This document shows, piece after piece, positions 39,293 through 48,567 of a DNA stretch of 50,550 bases (the first letter of the stretch is position 1; each line of letters opens with the position of its first letter). The notes below the pieces were generated by a model, which was not told the DNA's origin, did not search any database, and saw nothing but the letters and a program-made list of their open reading frames with translations. The position numbers and the translations under genes are program-made. Origin of the DNA: an uncultured Bacillota bacterium (GTDB lineage Bacteria > Bacillota > Clostridia > Christensenellales > UBA1242); assembly GCA_949282835.1 (NCBI GenBank), contig CASDQU010000074.1, positions 1-50,550 on the forward strand. Reading direction: 5' to 3'.

Positions 39293-40330
39293 TCACCAAA
39301 TAGGAATAAAATTGATTATAACGCCTAATACAATAGATAATATAAGTAATATTACACTAATCAGTATATTAAGCCATGTCTTTTTGTAATTAACAGTAAA
39401 TAGCACTATAAGTCCAACTCCAGCTCCTGCACTTAATCCTGCTACTAAAGCAGGAAAAATAAGCACGCCTTCCATAAATAATTCCACTAAAAAAACTGAA
39501 GCGGCACAATTTGGAATTAGCCCTATTACACAAGCAAGCAAAATTTGCACATAGCTATTATCTGTAAAGAATTTTTGTAATGGCTCTAATCCGCCGCAAT
39601 ATCCTCTAATTAAATTAATTGCAATGGTTGCTATTAATACATAAGCGGCAATTATAAGAGTATGATGAAGCGCATCTAAAAATATATTTGTTGCACAGCA
39701 GTGTGAGTGTGTATGTTTATGTCCTTCATCCTCTTCATGAGCATGGTCGCATTTGCAACTTTGCCACCATTTATGTTTATGATTTTCTTGTTTTTTGGCA
39801 ATAGTCTTTGCTTTTATCTCTTCAGAAGGATTTTCTGTCTCTTGATTAGATAACTCATTACTTATAGGTTCAATTATATTTTCTTCATGTTTATCATGAT
39901 ATTCCTTTAAAACAACCTTTTTCTTGGTTATTAGCCGTATTATGCCATCTATTAAATAGCCTATTATAATCGCATAAACTACCTTTATAGCTATCATGAT
40001 TAACAGACTCGGTATAAAACGAGGCTGTGATATCATAAGTGGAATTGCCTCATCACTTGTAGCAATAAATACTGCAATTAATGTCCCCAAAGTTACCATT
40101 CTTCGCGAATAAAGTTGGCTCATAAGTGATGAAAATCCGCATTGAGGAATACAGCCTAAAAAAGCTCCTATTACTGGGCCTGCCTTTTTTGTCTTATGTA
40201 AAATCTTGGAATATTTTTCATTGTCATTATGAGAAAAATACCCAACAAGTAAATATGCAAGATAAAGGATAGGCACAACATATAATGTGTCTAAAAGCGC
40301 GTCTAATAACCCATCCCAAAATATCTCCAT
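39293..40330 (-). CDS. Putative 10-TM heavy-metal exporter (ArsP_2 / DUF2899-like) with a His/Cys-rich loop
   Basis: GCIPQCGFSS...ATSDEAIP in the first half and GLIPNCAAS in the second half (internal duplication). Central loop HKHKWWQSCKCDHAHEEDEGHKHTHSHCC. Confidence 0.6.
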   Translation of the reverse strand: MEIFWDGLLDALLDTLYVVPILYLAYLLVGYFSHNDNEKYSKILHKTKKAGPVIGAFLGCIPQCGFSSLMSQLYSRRMVTLGTLIAVFIATSDEAIPLMISQPRFIPSLLIMIAIKVVYAIIIGYLIDGIIRLITKKKVVLKEYHDKHEENIIEPISNELSNQETENPSEEIKAKTIAKKQENHKHKWWQSCKCDHAHEEDEGHKHTHSHCCATNIFLDALHHTLIIAAYVLIATIAINLIRGYCGGLEPLQKFFTDNSYVQILLACVIGLIPNCAASVFLVELFMEGVLIFPALVAGLSAGAGVGLIVLFTVNYKKTWLNILISVILLILSIVLGVIINFIPIW

Positions 40331-40351
40331 TACATCTATCCTATCTTAATT

Positions 40352-40379
40352 ATTTTATTGCAACATTTAAGTTTTGCAA
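40352..40379 (-). promoter_or_regulatory. Possible promoter of the metal exporter gene, with twin TTGCAA palindromes
   Basis: Minus strand TTGCAA, 16 nt, TAAAAT. A second TTGCAA abuts the -10 element. Confidence 0.4.
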
Positions 40380-40430
40380 GTTATTTTAAAATTTTCTATT
40401 TTTTCAATAATTGCTACTAAGTTTTCCTTA

Positions 40431-40460
40431 AATAAAGCACCATGGTTTTGGTGCTTTATT
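40431..40460 (-). terminator. Hairpin overlapping the stop codon of the solenoid gene (possible terminator, weak T-run)
   Basis: AATAAAGCACC / GGTGCTTTATT: perfect 11-bp stem, 8-nt loop. Confidence 0.4.
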
Positions 40461-41379
40461 CTCCGCCCTCTTCACTTGTATCTCCTATTTTTAGCTGTCT
40501 AGCTTTCTTCTTTTTGAATGTCTCTTTTTGAGTTACATCTTTTTCTTCTACATTATCCTTAATTTCTTCTACTTCTTGCTGCGTGGTATCTTCACTATCA
40601 GCATTTTCATCTTGAACTGTAGGAATTTCCTTTCCCTGCCTATATTCTGCCATTCGTTTAGCAGATTCTTGAGGAGAATATAAAATTATAGTTTGCTTGT
40701 CTTGATAACCAATTTCGCCATTCATATTGGCAGATATCAAAGCTTTGCCCACCATTTCATTGATTTTGCCATTATTAAAAGTGGAAACTTCGCTATTATC
40801 GGCAAATAAATCTATCTTACCATTATTAATAGTCCCAACTCGTCCATTATTTAACAAATAAGTAATATTGCCGTCAAGCATACTTACAAGATGAGCATTA
40901 TTTTCAATCCCAGTGATTTTGCCACTTATCATGGTGACTATTCTAGCCTTATTTCTCACAAACATAACCTCACCATTTGTAAGAGTAGCAAGCTCCGCTT
41001 TGTCATCTACAAAACGAATAAAGCCGCCATTCATAGTACCAATACTAGCCTTACCTTTAATATAGTCAATAGTGCAAGTGTTAATAGTAGTAATAGACGC
41101 TTTGCCGCAGACCATAGTAATTTTCCCGCTTTTTAAAAGTCCTATTTTAGCTTTACCGCAAAGCATATCTATTTCGCCATTTTCAACCATTTGAACTCTT
41201 GCCTTGCCAGAAATCTCTTTGATAGTACTATTAAAACATTCAAGAATAATAGCATTGCCTCCAATAAAGACATTTTGGCATTTATTTAATATGTGAACTC
41301 CATTTGTCAAAGTAAAATTTGCTTCTTCATCATGAATAATTGGATCTATGATTTTGTCGCCCTTTTTAAACATACACAT
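40456..41379 (-). CDS. Repeat protein: about 10 tandem 17-residue units (predicted beta-solenoid, bactofilin-like architecture) plus a disordered charged tail
   Basis: Turn positions G-K-A / (N)G-x-I alternate with 10+7 spacing from residue 58 to 224. The C-terminal ~75 aa are E/D/K/Q-rich. Confidence 0.6.
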   Translation of the reverse strand: MCMFKKGDKIIDPIIHDEEANFTLTNGVHILNKCQNVFIGGNAIILECFNSTIKEISGKARVQMVENGEIDMLCGKAKIGLLKSGKITMVCGKASITTINTCTIDYIKGKASIGTMNGGFIRFVDDKAELATLTNGEVMFVRNKARIVTMISGKITGIENNAHLVSMLDGNITYLLNNGRVGTINNGKIDLFADNSEVSTFNNGKINEMVGKALISANMNGEIGYQDKQTIILYSPQESAKRMAEYRQGKEIPTVQDENADSEDTTQQEVEEIKDNVEEKDVTQKETFKKKKARQLKIGDTSEEGGE

Positions 41380-41581
41380 CTATCGCCTCCGTAAAATTCT
41401 ACTATATCAATATATCACACTATTAAAATCTATGCAATTAATTAACAAAAAAATAATAATTTTTCTTCTATTATTTTGATTGCAACAAAAATTTTTGTCA
41501 TTTAATATTTTAAACATTTCAAGTTACTTGTAAGAATAATCAAAAATATTATCACATAAATTTAAAAACTGGCGTAAATTT

Positions 41582-41613
41582 AGTTGACAAGTCAACTTGT
41601 TTTTATCTATAAT
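41582..41613 (+). promoter_or_regulatory. marR promoter with overlapping palindromic operator candidates
   Basis: TTGACA (41584-41589), 18 nt, TATAAT (41608-41613). Palindromes AGTTGAC-AA-GTCAACT and ACAAGT-CA-ACTTGT cover the -35 element. Confidence 0.6.
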
Positions 41614-41620
41614 TTAATCT

Positions 41621-42079
41621 ATGAATGATTTTTTTATTAGAACGATTGTAGCTATCAAAAAGAATTTACAAAGTTATTTAAATGAAAAATTTAAAGAGCT
41701 TAATTTGAGTAGTTCTGAAATTTTTATTATGCATTTACTATACATTGAAAAATCACTCTCTCAAAGTAAACTTGCTCACATTCTTGAGTGTGATAAATCA
41801 CATGTCAATAGAATTACGACAAAACTTATTGACAAAAATTTGATTTGTTATACAGAAATTCAAAATCAAAATGACAGACATCTCCGCAACAATGGCCTTA
41901 AGTTAACTGATACCGGTCTTAACCTTGCCAAAAAAATAGCTGTTGAAATAAAAAATTCAATTAATATGTTAAATTCGGGCATTACTAAACAAGAGGAAGA
42001 AATAACTAAACGGGTGCTTTTTAAAATGCTTGATAATTCTTATTCTATAAAACAAAATGGAGAAATAAAAAATGTTTAA
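41621..42079 (+). CDS. MarR-family transcriptional regulator
   Basis: 152 aa; winged-HTH segment LSQSKLAHILECDKSHVNRITTKLIDKNLI. Heads the ABC exporter operon. Confidence 0.85.
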   Translation: MNDFFIRTIVAIKKNLQSYLNEKFKELNLSSSEIFIMHLLYIEKSLSQSKLAHILECDKSHVNRITTKLIDKNLICYTEIQNQNDRHLRNNGLKLTDTGLNLAKKIAVEIKNSINMLNSGITKQEEEITKRVLFKMLDNSYSIKQNGEIKNV

Positions 42080-43820
42080 ACTTTTTAAATACTTAAATTG
42101 GAAAGAATGGATTTTGCTCATTTTAACCTTATCTTTTGTCGCTTGTCAGGTATGGTGCAATATCTCTTTGCCTCAATGCACTTTGAAAATCAGCGAATAT
42201 TTGCAAATGCCAGATATCTCTTTATATTGGACTGATATTGTTTGGAAATGTGTTGAAATGTTGCTTTATGCATGTGGGGTTATTTTAAGTGCAATTATCG
42301 CTAGTTACTTAGCTTCATATATTATTACTAATCTTCTCGCTAGAGTAAGAGGGAAAGTATTTCATAAAGTTAATGAATTTTCTTCTGAAGAAATCAATAA
42401 ATTTTCAATTCCTTCACTTATCACTAGATGTACAAATGATATAACGCAACTGCAACAAGTTCTTGTCACCCTATTAACACTTGGTTTGCAAGCTCCGCTT
42501 ACCGCTATTCTCGCTATAATAAATATTGTAGATATTTCAAAAGGACATTCTGTGCTTCAACTCTCTTGGGTCAATGTCGTTTCTGTAATTGCTATCTGCA
42601 TTGTGGTATCAGTTATTATATTTGCTGTTGTGCCAAAATTCAAGAAAATTCAAAAGATGACAGATGAATTAAACCTTGTCACTAGAGAAAATCTTACAGG
42701 AATTAAAGTTATTAGAGCAAATAGCGCAGAAAAAAGCCAAGAAGAAAAATTTGACAAAGTCAACACAAAATTTGCCAAACTTGACCTTTTTGTAAGCAAA
42801 GTACTTTCAATAATTGAACCTAGTTTAACTTTTATTATGAGTGCAACTTCACTTGCCATAGTTTGGATTATTGGCTTGCTTGCAGGAGAAAATCCCGCCC
42901 TTCTAACCATTATGAGCACCTTTACTCAATATTCCATTTTCATAATCATGGGCTTTACCTCTTTATCAGTACTTTTTATGTTTGTACCTCGTGGTATGGT
43001 AAGCGGTCGCCGAATAAATGAAGTGCTTGAAACAAAAATTATTTTAAAAGATGGAGAGATTACATCTCCTAAAGAAAAAGGCAGTATTGAATTTAAAAAT
43101 GTATTTTTTCAATATAATGAAGCTGATGCACATGTTTTAAACAACATATCTTTTAAAGTTAAACAAGGGCAGACGATTGCTTTTATTGGCTCTACAGGAA
43201 GTGGTAAAAGTACTTTGATTAATTTAATACCAAGATTTTATGACTGCACTGAAGGCGAAGTTTTGGTTGGCGGCGTCAATGTAAAAGCTTATTCTCAAGA
43301 AGAGCTTCATAATCTTATTGGCTATGTACCTCAAAAGGGCATCCTTTTTAGTGGCACAGTCCGAGAAAATATTTGTTATGGAAAGCAAGACGCCACAGAT
43401 GAGCAGGTCGACCAAGCAATAAAGATATCACAATCAAACTTTGTTTATAATTTCCCTGATGGGCTTAATTATCATATATCACAAGGCGGCAAAAATGTCT
43501 CAGGCGGACAAAAACAAAGATTATCAATAGCAAGAGCTATTATAAAAGACCCTGATATTTTAATATTTGATGATAGCTTTTCTGCTCTAGACTATAAAAC
43601 AGATAAAATTGTCCGCAGAAATTTGAACAAAGCCTATAAAAACACCACCAAAGTAATAGTGGCGCAGCGTATTGGAACTATTATGAATGCAGACCAAATT
43701 ATCGTTTTAAATGAAGGAAAAATTGTTGGCATGGGCAAACATAAAGACCTACTTAAAAACTGCCCAATTTATAAAGAAATAGCATTATCACAATTATCAA
43801 AGGAGGAACTTGAAAAATGA
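42072..43820 (+). CDS. ABC exporter half-transporter (TMD-NBD), degenerate-site partner
   Basis: Walker A GSTGSGKST, signature VSGGQKQR. Walker B is ILIFDDSFS (Asp in place of the catalytic Glu) and the H-loop is AQR rather than AHR. Confidence 0.9.
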   Translation: MFKLFKYLNWKEWILLILTLSFVACQVWCNISLPQCTLKISEYLQMPDISLYWTDIVWKCVEMLLYACGVILSAIIASYLASYIITNLLARVRGKVFHKVNEFSSEEINKFSIPSLITRCTNDITQLQQVLVTLLTLGLQAPLTAILAIINIVDISKGHSVLQLSWVNVVSVIAICIVVSVIIFAVVPKFKKIQKMTDELNLVTRENLTGIKVIRANSAEKSQEEKFDKVNTKFAKLDLFVSKVLSIIEPSLTFIMSATSLAIVWIIGLLAGENPALLTIMSTFTQYSIFIIMGFTSLSVLFMFVPRGMVSGRRINEVLETKIILKDGEITSPKEKGSIEFKNVFFQYNEADAHVLNNISFKVKQGQTIAFIGSTGSGKSTLINLIPRFYDCTEGEVLVGGVNVKAYSQEELHNLIGYVPQKGILFSGTVRENICYGKQDATDEQVDQAIKISQSNFVYNFPDGLNYHISQGGKNVSGGQKQRLSIARAIIKDPDILIFDDSFSALDYKTDKIVRRNLNKAYKNTTKVIVAQRIGTIMNADQIIVLNEGKIVGMGKHKDLLKNCPIYKEIALSQLSKEELEK

Positions 43821-45619
43821 CAAATAAAAAGAAAAACCCTCCTTCCTCTTTCAATAAAAATAAAGCTAAGGATTTCAAAGGTACTGCAAAAATGCTGATA
43901 AAGCGCCTTGGAGCATTTAAGTGGCAAACAATAATAGCACTTACTTTTGCCGTCATTGCGGCTGTTTTAAATGTGCTTGGACCTAAGATATTAAATCAGC
44001 TTATGACACTTTTGTTTGATACAAATGGCTATCAAATTAGTGAGGTGACAAAATTTGCTCTCATTGTTTTATCTATGTATATTGTTGCTGGCATATTGGG
44101 CTACTTTCAAGGCTATTTAATGTCTAAAGTAAGTATTAAAGTTTCCAAGCAATTACGAAATGAAATCTCTTTAAAAATAAACAAGCTTCCATTAAAATAT
44201 TTTGACAATCATAGCTATGGAGATGTACTTTCAAGAGTTACTAATGATGTTGATACTGTTGGCAACACTTTGGAAAGAACATTGTCAAGCATGATTACCT
44301 CATCAATTACTATTGTAGGTATACCAATTATTATGTTTACTATAAGTTGGCAATTAACTCTCATATCTCTAATGCAAATTCCTTTAGCGCTAATTGTTGT
44401 ATTTTTAGTAGTAAAATTCAACCAAAAATATTTTATAAGGCAGCAAAAATATCTTGGAGATATCAATGGCTACATTGAGGAAAATTTTTCTGCTCACAGC
44501 GTAGTCAAAGCCTTCAATGGCGAAGATAGGTCTCAAGAGAGTTTTGAAAAAATAAATAAAAATCTTAAAAACTCCTCAAGAAAAGCTCAATTTTTCTCTG
44601 GATTAATGCACCCTATTGTAAATTTTACTAGTAATATCATCTATGTGTTAATTTGTCTTGTGGGCGCTTTGATTGCAATTAAATCTAATAATATGGCTTT
44701 TCTTGCAACAATAATAACATTCTTAACATATACAAAATTATTCAATCAGCCTGTCTCGCAAATAGGCTCAATCTCTGGAACATTGCAAACTACAATGGCA
44801 GCCGCAGAAAGAGTTTTTGAGTTTTTAAATGAAGAAGAACAAGCTGATGAAAGCAACAAAACTTTAACAATCAAAGATGTTAAAGGCAAAATTGAATTTA
44901 AACATGTTAATTTTGGATATAGCAAAGATAAACAAATCATATTTGATTTTAATTTTACAGCATTGCCAGGTCAAAAGATAGCTATAGTAGGTCAAACGGG
45001 CGCTGGAAAAACAACAATCGTAAATCTGTTAATGCGCTTCTATGAAATTGACAGCGGTGAAATTTTAATTGATGGTGTCAATACCAAAGATATGAATAGA
45101 AGTTATGTCCGTTCCCTTTTTGGTATGGTTTTGCAAGATACATGGCTTTTTGAGGGTACTATCAAAGATAATTTAAGATTTGGCAAACCAAATGCAACCG
45201 ATGAAGAGATTATTGAGGCTTGTAAAATGGCAAATGTTGACCACTTTATTAGAACAGAACCAAAAGGATATGACATGGTATTGGCTGAAGAAAGCAATAT
45301 TTCTGCAGGTCAAAAACAACTGCTTACAATAGCTAGAGCTATGGTGCAAAATGCTCCCCTCTTAATTCTAGATGAAGCAACAAGCTCTGTCGATACTAGA
45401 ACTGAAATATTAATCCAAACAGCAATGGATAGACTGACAAAAGGACGAACCAGTTTTGTTATCGCTCACAGGCTTTCCACTATCAAAAACGCAGACAAAA
45501 TTATTGTTATGAAAGATGGAAACATTGTTGAAATTGGCAACCACAAACAACTGATTGAAAAAGGTGGAGTTTACAAAGAGCTATATACTAGCCAATTTGA
45601 AAGTGGAGAAGATTTTTAA
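43817..45619 (+). CDS. ABC exporter half-transporter (TMD-NBD), consensus-site partner
   Basis: Walker A GQTGAGKTT, Walker B LLILDEATS, H-loop IAHRLSTI, signature ISAGQKQ (non-canonical). ATGA overlap with the preceding gene. Confidence 0.9.
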   Translation: MTNKKKNPPSSFNKNKAKDFKGTAKMLIKRLGAFKWQTIIALTFAVIAAVLNVLGPKILNQLMTLLFDTNGYQISEVTKFALIVLSMYIVAGILGYFQGYLMSKVSIKVSKQLRNEISLKINKLPLKYFDNHSYGDVLSRVTNDVDTVGNTLERTLSSMITSSITIVGIPIIMFTISWQLTLISLMQIPLALIVVFLVVKFNQKYFIRQQKYLGDINGYIEENFSAHSVVKAFNGEDRSQESFEKINKNLKNSSRKAQFFSGLMHPIVNFTSNIIYVLICLVGALIAIKSNNMAFLATIITFLTYTKLFNQPVSQIGSISGTLQTTMAAAERVFEFLNEEEQADESNKTLTIKDVKGKIEFKHVNFGYSKDKQIIFDFNFTALPGQKIAIVGQTGAGKTTIVNLLMRFYEIDSGEILIDGVNTKDMNRSYVRSLFGMVLQDTWLFEGTIKDNLRFGKPNATDEEIIEACKMANVDHFIRTEPKGYDMVLAEESNISAGQKQLLTIARAMVQNAPLLILDEATSSVDTRTEILIQTAMDRLTKGRTSFVIAHRLSTIKNADKIIVMKDGNIVEIGNHKQLIEKGGVYKELYTSQFESGEDF

Positions 45620-45629
45620 AGGAGAATTT

Positions 45630-47711
45630 ATGGCAGAACTAGAACTTAAAAATGTTTTTAAGGATTACAAATTAGAAAATAAAGAAAAATTTGCAGCACT
45701 GCAAGACATAAATGTATCATTTGAAAAAGGCGAACTGGTCTCAATTATAGGCGAAAGCGGAAGTGGTAAAAGTACGCTTATGAATATAATAGGCGGTTTA
45801 GACTCTGACTATCAAGGGCTTATTCAAATAGGCGGAAAAGATTTAAAAGGCTTTAAAGAAAAAGAGCTTGATGATTATCGTAAGAAAAAAATAGGTTTTG
45901 TATTTCAATCTTTTAATCTAATTCCTCACCTATCCGTTCTTGATAATGTTACAATCTCTTTGACTTTGTCAAATGTAAAAGAAAGTGAAAAAAATGCTAG
46001 AGCCATTGAAATTTTGGAAAAGCTAGGACTTAAAGACCATATCAAAAAGAAACCAACTCAACTCTCTGGCGGTCAAAAACAAAGAGTGGCTATTGCTAGA
46101 GCCTTAATAAACAACCCAGATATAATCTTGGCAGATGAGCCTACTGGCGCTTTAGACTCTATAACTACCGGTCAAATCCTAGAAATATTGAAAGAAATAG
46201 CCGATGTCGACAATAAACTTGTCATTATGGTCACACACTCTGAAAAAGTCGCAAGCATTTCTTCAAGAGTGGTTGAAATTGCTGATGGAAAAATTATTAG
46301 CGATGTTAAAAAGGATGATTACAAACAAATTGATAACAAATCAAATTTAACTGTACAAGAAAAAAAACATCAAAAAGATGGTCACCTGTCATTTATCTCT
46401 GCCCTCAAATTATCTCTTCACAATATGTGGGCAAGCAAAACAAAGAATTTCTTGATGGCTATTGGAGTCTCAATTTCACTTATTTCCTTAATTCTTATGT
46501 TATCGCTTGGTGCAGGTTTGACTGGATATATCAACGATACAGCCTCTAATTACACCAACCCAACCATTGTTACCCTTTCTAAAAATGGAAAAGATAGATA
46601 TGGCAACGAGCAAGAAAATTCATCAATTTCATTTTTACCTAATATGTTTGAAGAAGAAGAAATTGAGGAAATTGCTCATGAAATTAATGGCTATCTAGAG
46701 AGCAAAGATAACGATTTTAGAGTTATTACAGAAGGCGAAAATCAAAACTTAAATTATGGCTTTAGCATGCCAACCATTGGAGCTGGAAACTTACAGTATA
46801 CTACCGATGAAAACGATACAAAGTCTAGTATGATAATGTATACATACACAACCCCTCCTTACTATTCACAAGATAACCTTTTGACTGAAAATAGTTATAT
46901 GAGTGGCGAAAATGAAATAATGCTATCTAGTGCGGCTATAGAATTTTTAGGTGTTGAGAAGCCTGAAGATGTTATAGGCAAAAAAGTCACCCTACTTATC
47001 AATCTAAATCTAGACAATACCACAATCGACATAAATAAAGAAGTTACCATAACTGGGCTTGTTGATGTATCGGTATTTGCTAATATGATGGTATTATATC
47101 TTGATTATAATTTCTTAAATGACTGTGTAAAAGAAGCTCAAGCAAATAAAAATCTTGAAGTAACAGGATTAAAACCTTCTCAATTATACATTCAAACAGA
47201 CAGCGAAAAAACTACCGATTTAATCAATGACTATATAAGAAAAAATAGATTAGATCTTTCTGGCTCAGTTGAAGAACAACTTGCCGCTATGTTTAGTGAA
47301 ATGATGTCAACTTTCTCTATCGCCCTTGCAATTATTGCTGGAATTTCTCTGATTGTCGCATTGATTATGATATTAGTAGTATTATATATGAGTGTTTCAG
47401 AAAGAACACGAGAAATTGGCGTACTTAAAAGTATTGGAGCTAGAAAAAAGGATATCAAATTGATATTTAGTAGTGAAAGCCTTTTGATTGGTATTTTAAG
47501 TGGGCTTGTTGGAATAATTTTCTCCTTAATTATAGGCGGAATATTGATAGCCATATTTAAAGCATTAATTGGATTTGCACCTATTGCAATGATGTGGTAT
47601 TATTTCCTTATAGCGCTTGCCATAAGCATGATAATAAGTGTGCTAGCTGGTCTATATCCTGCAAGCAAAGCTGCAAAACTTGACCCAGTTGAATCATTAA
47701 GGCATGAATAA
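45630..47711 (+). CDS. Fused ABC ATPase / FtsX-type permease (MacB family)
   Basis: Starts MAELELKNVF after AAAGGAG. GESGSGKST, LSGGQKQRVAIARA, ILADEPTGALD. Then TM1, an extracytoplasmic domain of about 270 aa, and a C-terminal FtsX 3-TM bundle. Confidence 0.88.
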   Translation: MAELELKNVFKDYKLENKEKFAALQDINVSFEKGELVSIIGESGSGKSTLMNIIGGLDSDYQGLIQIGGKDLKGFKEKELDDYRKKKIGFVFQSFNLIPHLSVLDNVTISLTLSNVKESEKNARAIEILEKLGLKDHIKKKPTQLSGGQKQRVAIARALINNPDIILADEPTGALDSITTGQILEILKEIADVDNKLVIMVTHSEKVASISSRVVEIADGKIISDVKKDDYKQIDNKSNLTVQEKKHQKDGHLSFISALKLSLHNMWASKTKNFLMAIGVSISLISLILMLSLGAGLTGYINDTASNYTNPTIVTLSKNGKDRYGNEQENSSISFLPNMFEEEEIEEIAHEINGYLESKDNDFRVITEGENQNLNYGFSMPTIGAGNLQYTTDENDTKSSMIMYTYTTPPYYSQDNLLTENSYMSGENEIMLSSAAIEFLGVEKPEDVIGKKVTLLINLNLDNTTIDINKEVTITGLVDVSVFANMMVLYLDYNFLNDCVKEAQANKNLEVTGLKPSQLYIQTDSEKTTDLINDYIRKNRLDLSGSVEEQLAAMFSEMMSTFSIALAIIAGISLIVALIMILVVLYMSVSERTREIGVLKSIGARKKDIKLIFSSESLLIGILSGLVGIIFSLIIGGILIAIFKALIGFAPIAMMWYYFLIALAISMIISVLAGLYPASKAAKLDPVESLRHE

Positions 47712-47730
47712 AAAAATATATTCAAAAAAT

Positions 47731-47758
47731 AAAAAAGTGGAAATAATCCACTTTTTTT
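47731..47758. terminator. Bidirectional terminator between convergent genes
   Basis: AAAAAAGTGGA-AATAA-TCCACTTTTTT. Confidence 0.7.
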
Positions 47759-47782
47759 CATCGTCAAATTTAAAATATTGTT

Positions 47783-48292
47783 TTATTTCTTTCTTTTTTT
47801 CTTTGCGCCTTTAGAAAACATATAACTTAAAATTGCGGCAACAAGCATTGCAAAACCTATAATCATGTTGACAATATTTGCCCAGCCAACTTTAGATAAA
47901 TTTTTCGATAATTCGTTTGAATTTACCTCGCCAACTGTACAGAAAAGTCCTATTGCAGCAAATGCAAAGAGCGCTATAGCAAATATTATATTAATAAAAT
48001 TTACCAATTTTAAAGCCTTGCCACTTTTAATTACGCCAATTGCAACAAGCAAAATGTAAATTGCCATCAAAATCATAATGCCTGCAAGTATTGCTACAAT
48101 TAAATTTGATAGCGCCATCATGACCTGTGTAGAATTTCCGTCAAAGTAATTACCAATGATGTCATATCCAGTAATATTTTGTTGCAATCTTCCTTCTCCA
48201 ATAGCGATATAAGATTGTGACAAGAATACAAATATAAGTACTCCTAAGGCAATGTTAAAAAAACTTACCAAAGCCAATTTAAAATTTTTCAT
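47783..48292 (-). CDS. Hypothetical membrane protein (4-5 TM, K-rich C-terminus)
   Basis: 169 aa, hydrophobic, with GGAGGGGAAA upstream of the ATG. Confidence 0.55.
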   Translation of the reverse strand: MKNFKLALVSFFNIALGVLIFVFLSQSYIAIGEGRLQQNITGYDIIGNYFDGNSTQVMMALSNLIVAILAGIMILMAIYILLVAIGVIKSGKALKLVNFINIIFAIALFAFAAIGLFCTVGEVNSNELSKNLSKVGWANIVNMIIGFAMLVAAILSYMFSKGAKKKRKK

Positions 48293-48567
48293 TTTCCCCT
48301 CCTTTTTAATATTATAATATCAAAAGATATTTTCTCAAACTAATTATAGATAATTTTTAATTTTTTTAAAAAAATTTTATCAAACCTCTCAACTTAAAAA
48401 TTATATCAATTTGATTTTTGTCTTTCAAAATTACAAAAGCATAAATAGATATTAAAATATATAAGAGAAATTACAAAAATTTACTATCTAAGTCAACCCA
48501 CTTTTAACCATTGCCGTTAAATGATTAACCGAGAAGTTCCCCCAATACAAAAAGTATAGAAAAAACT

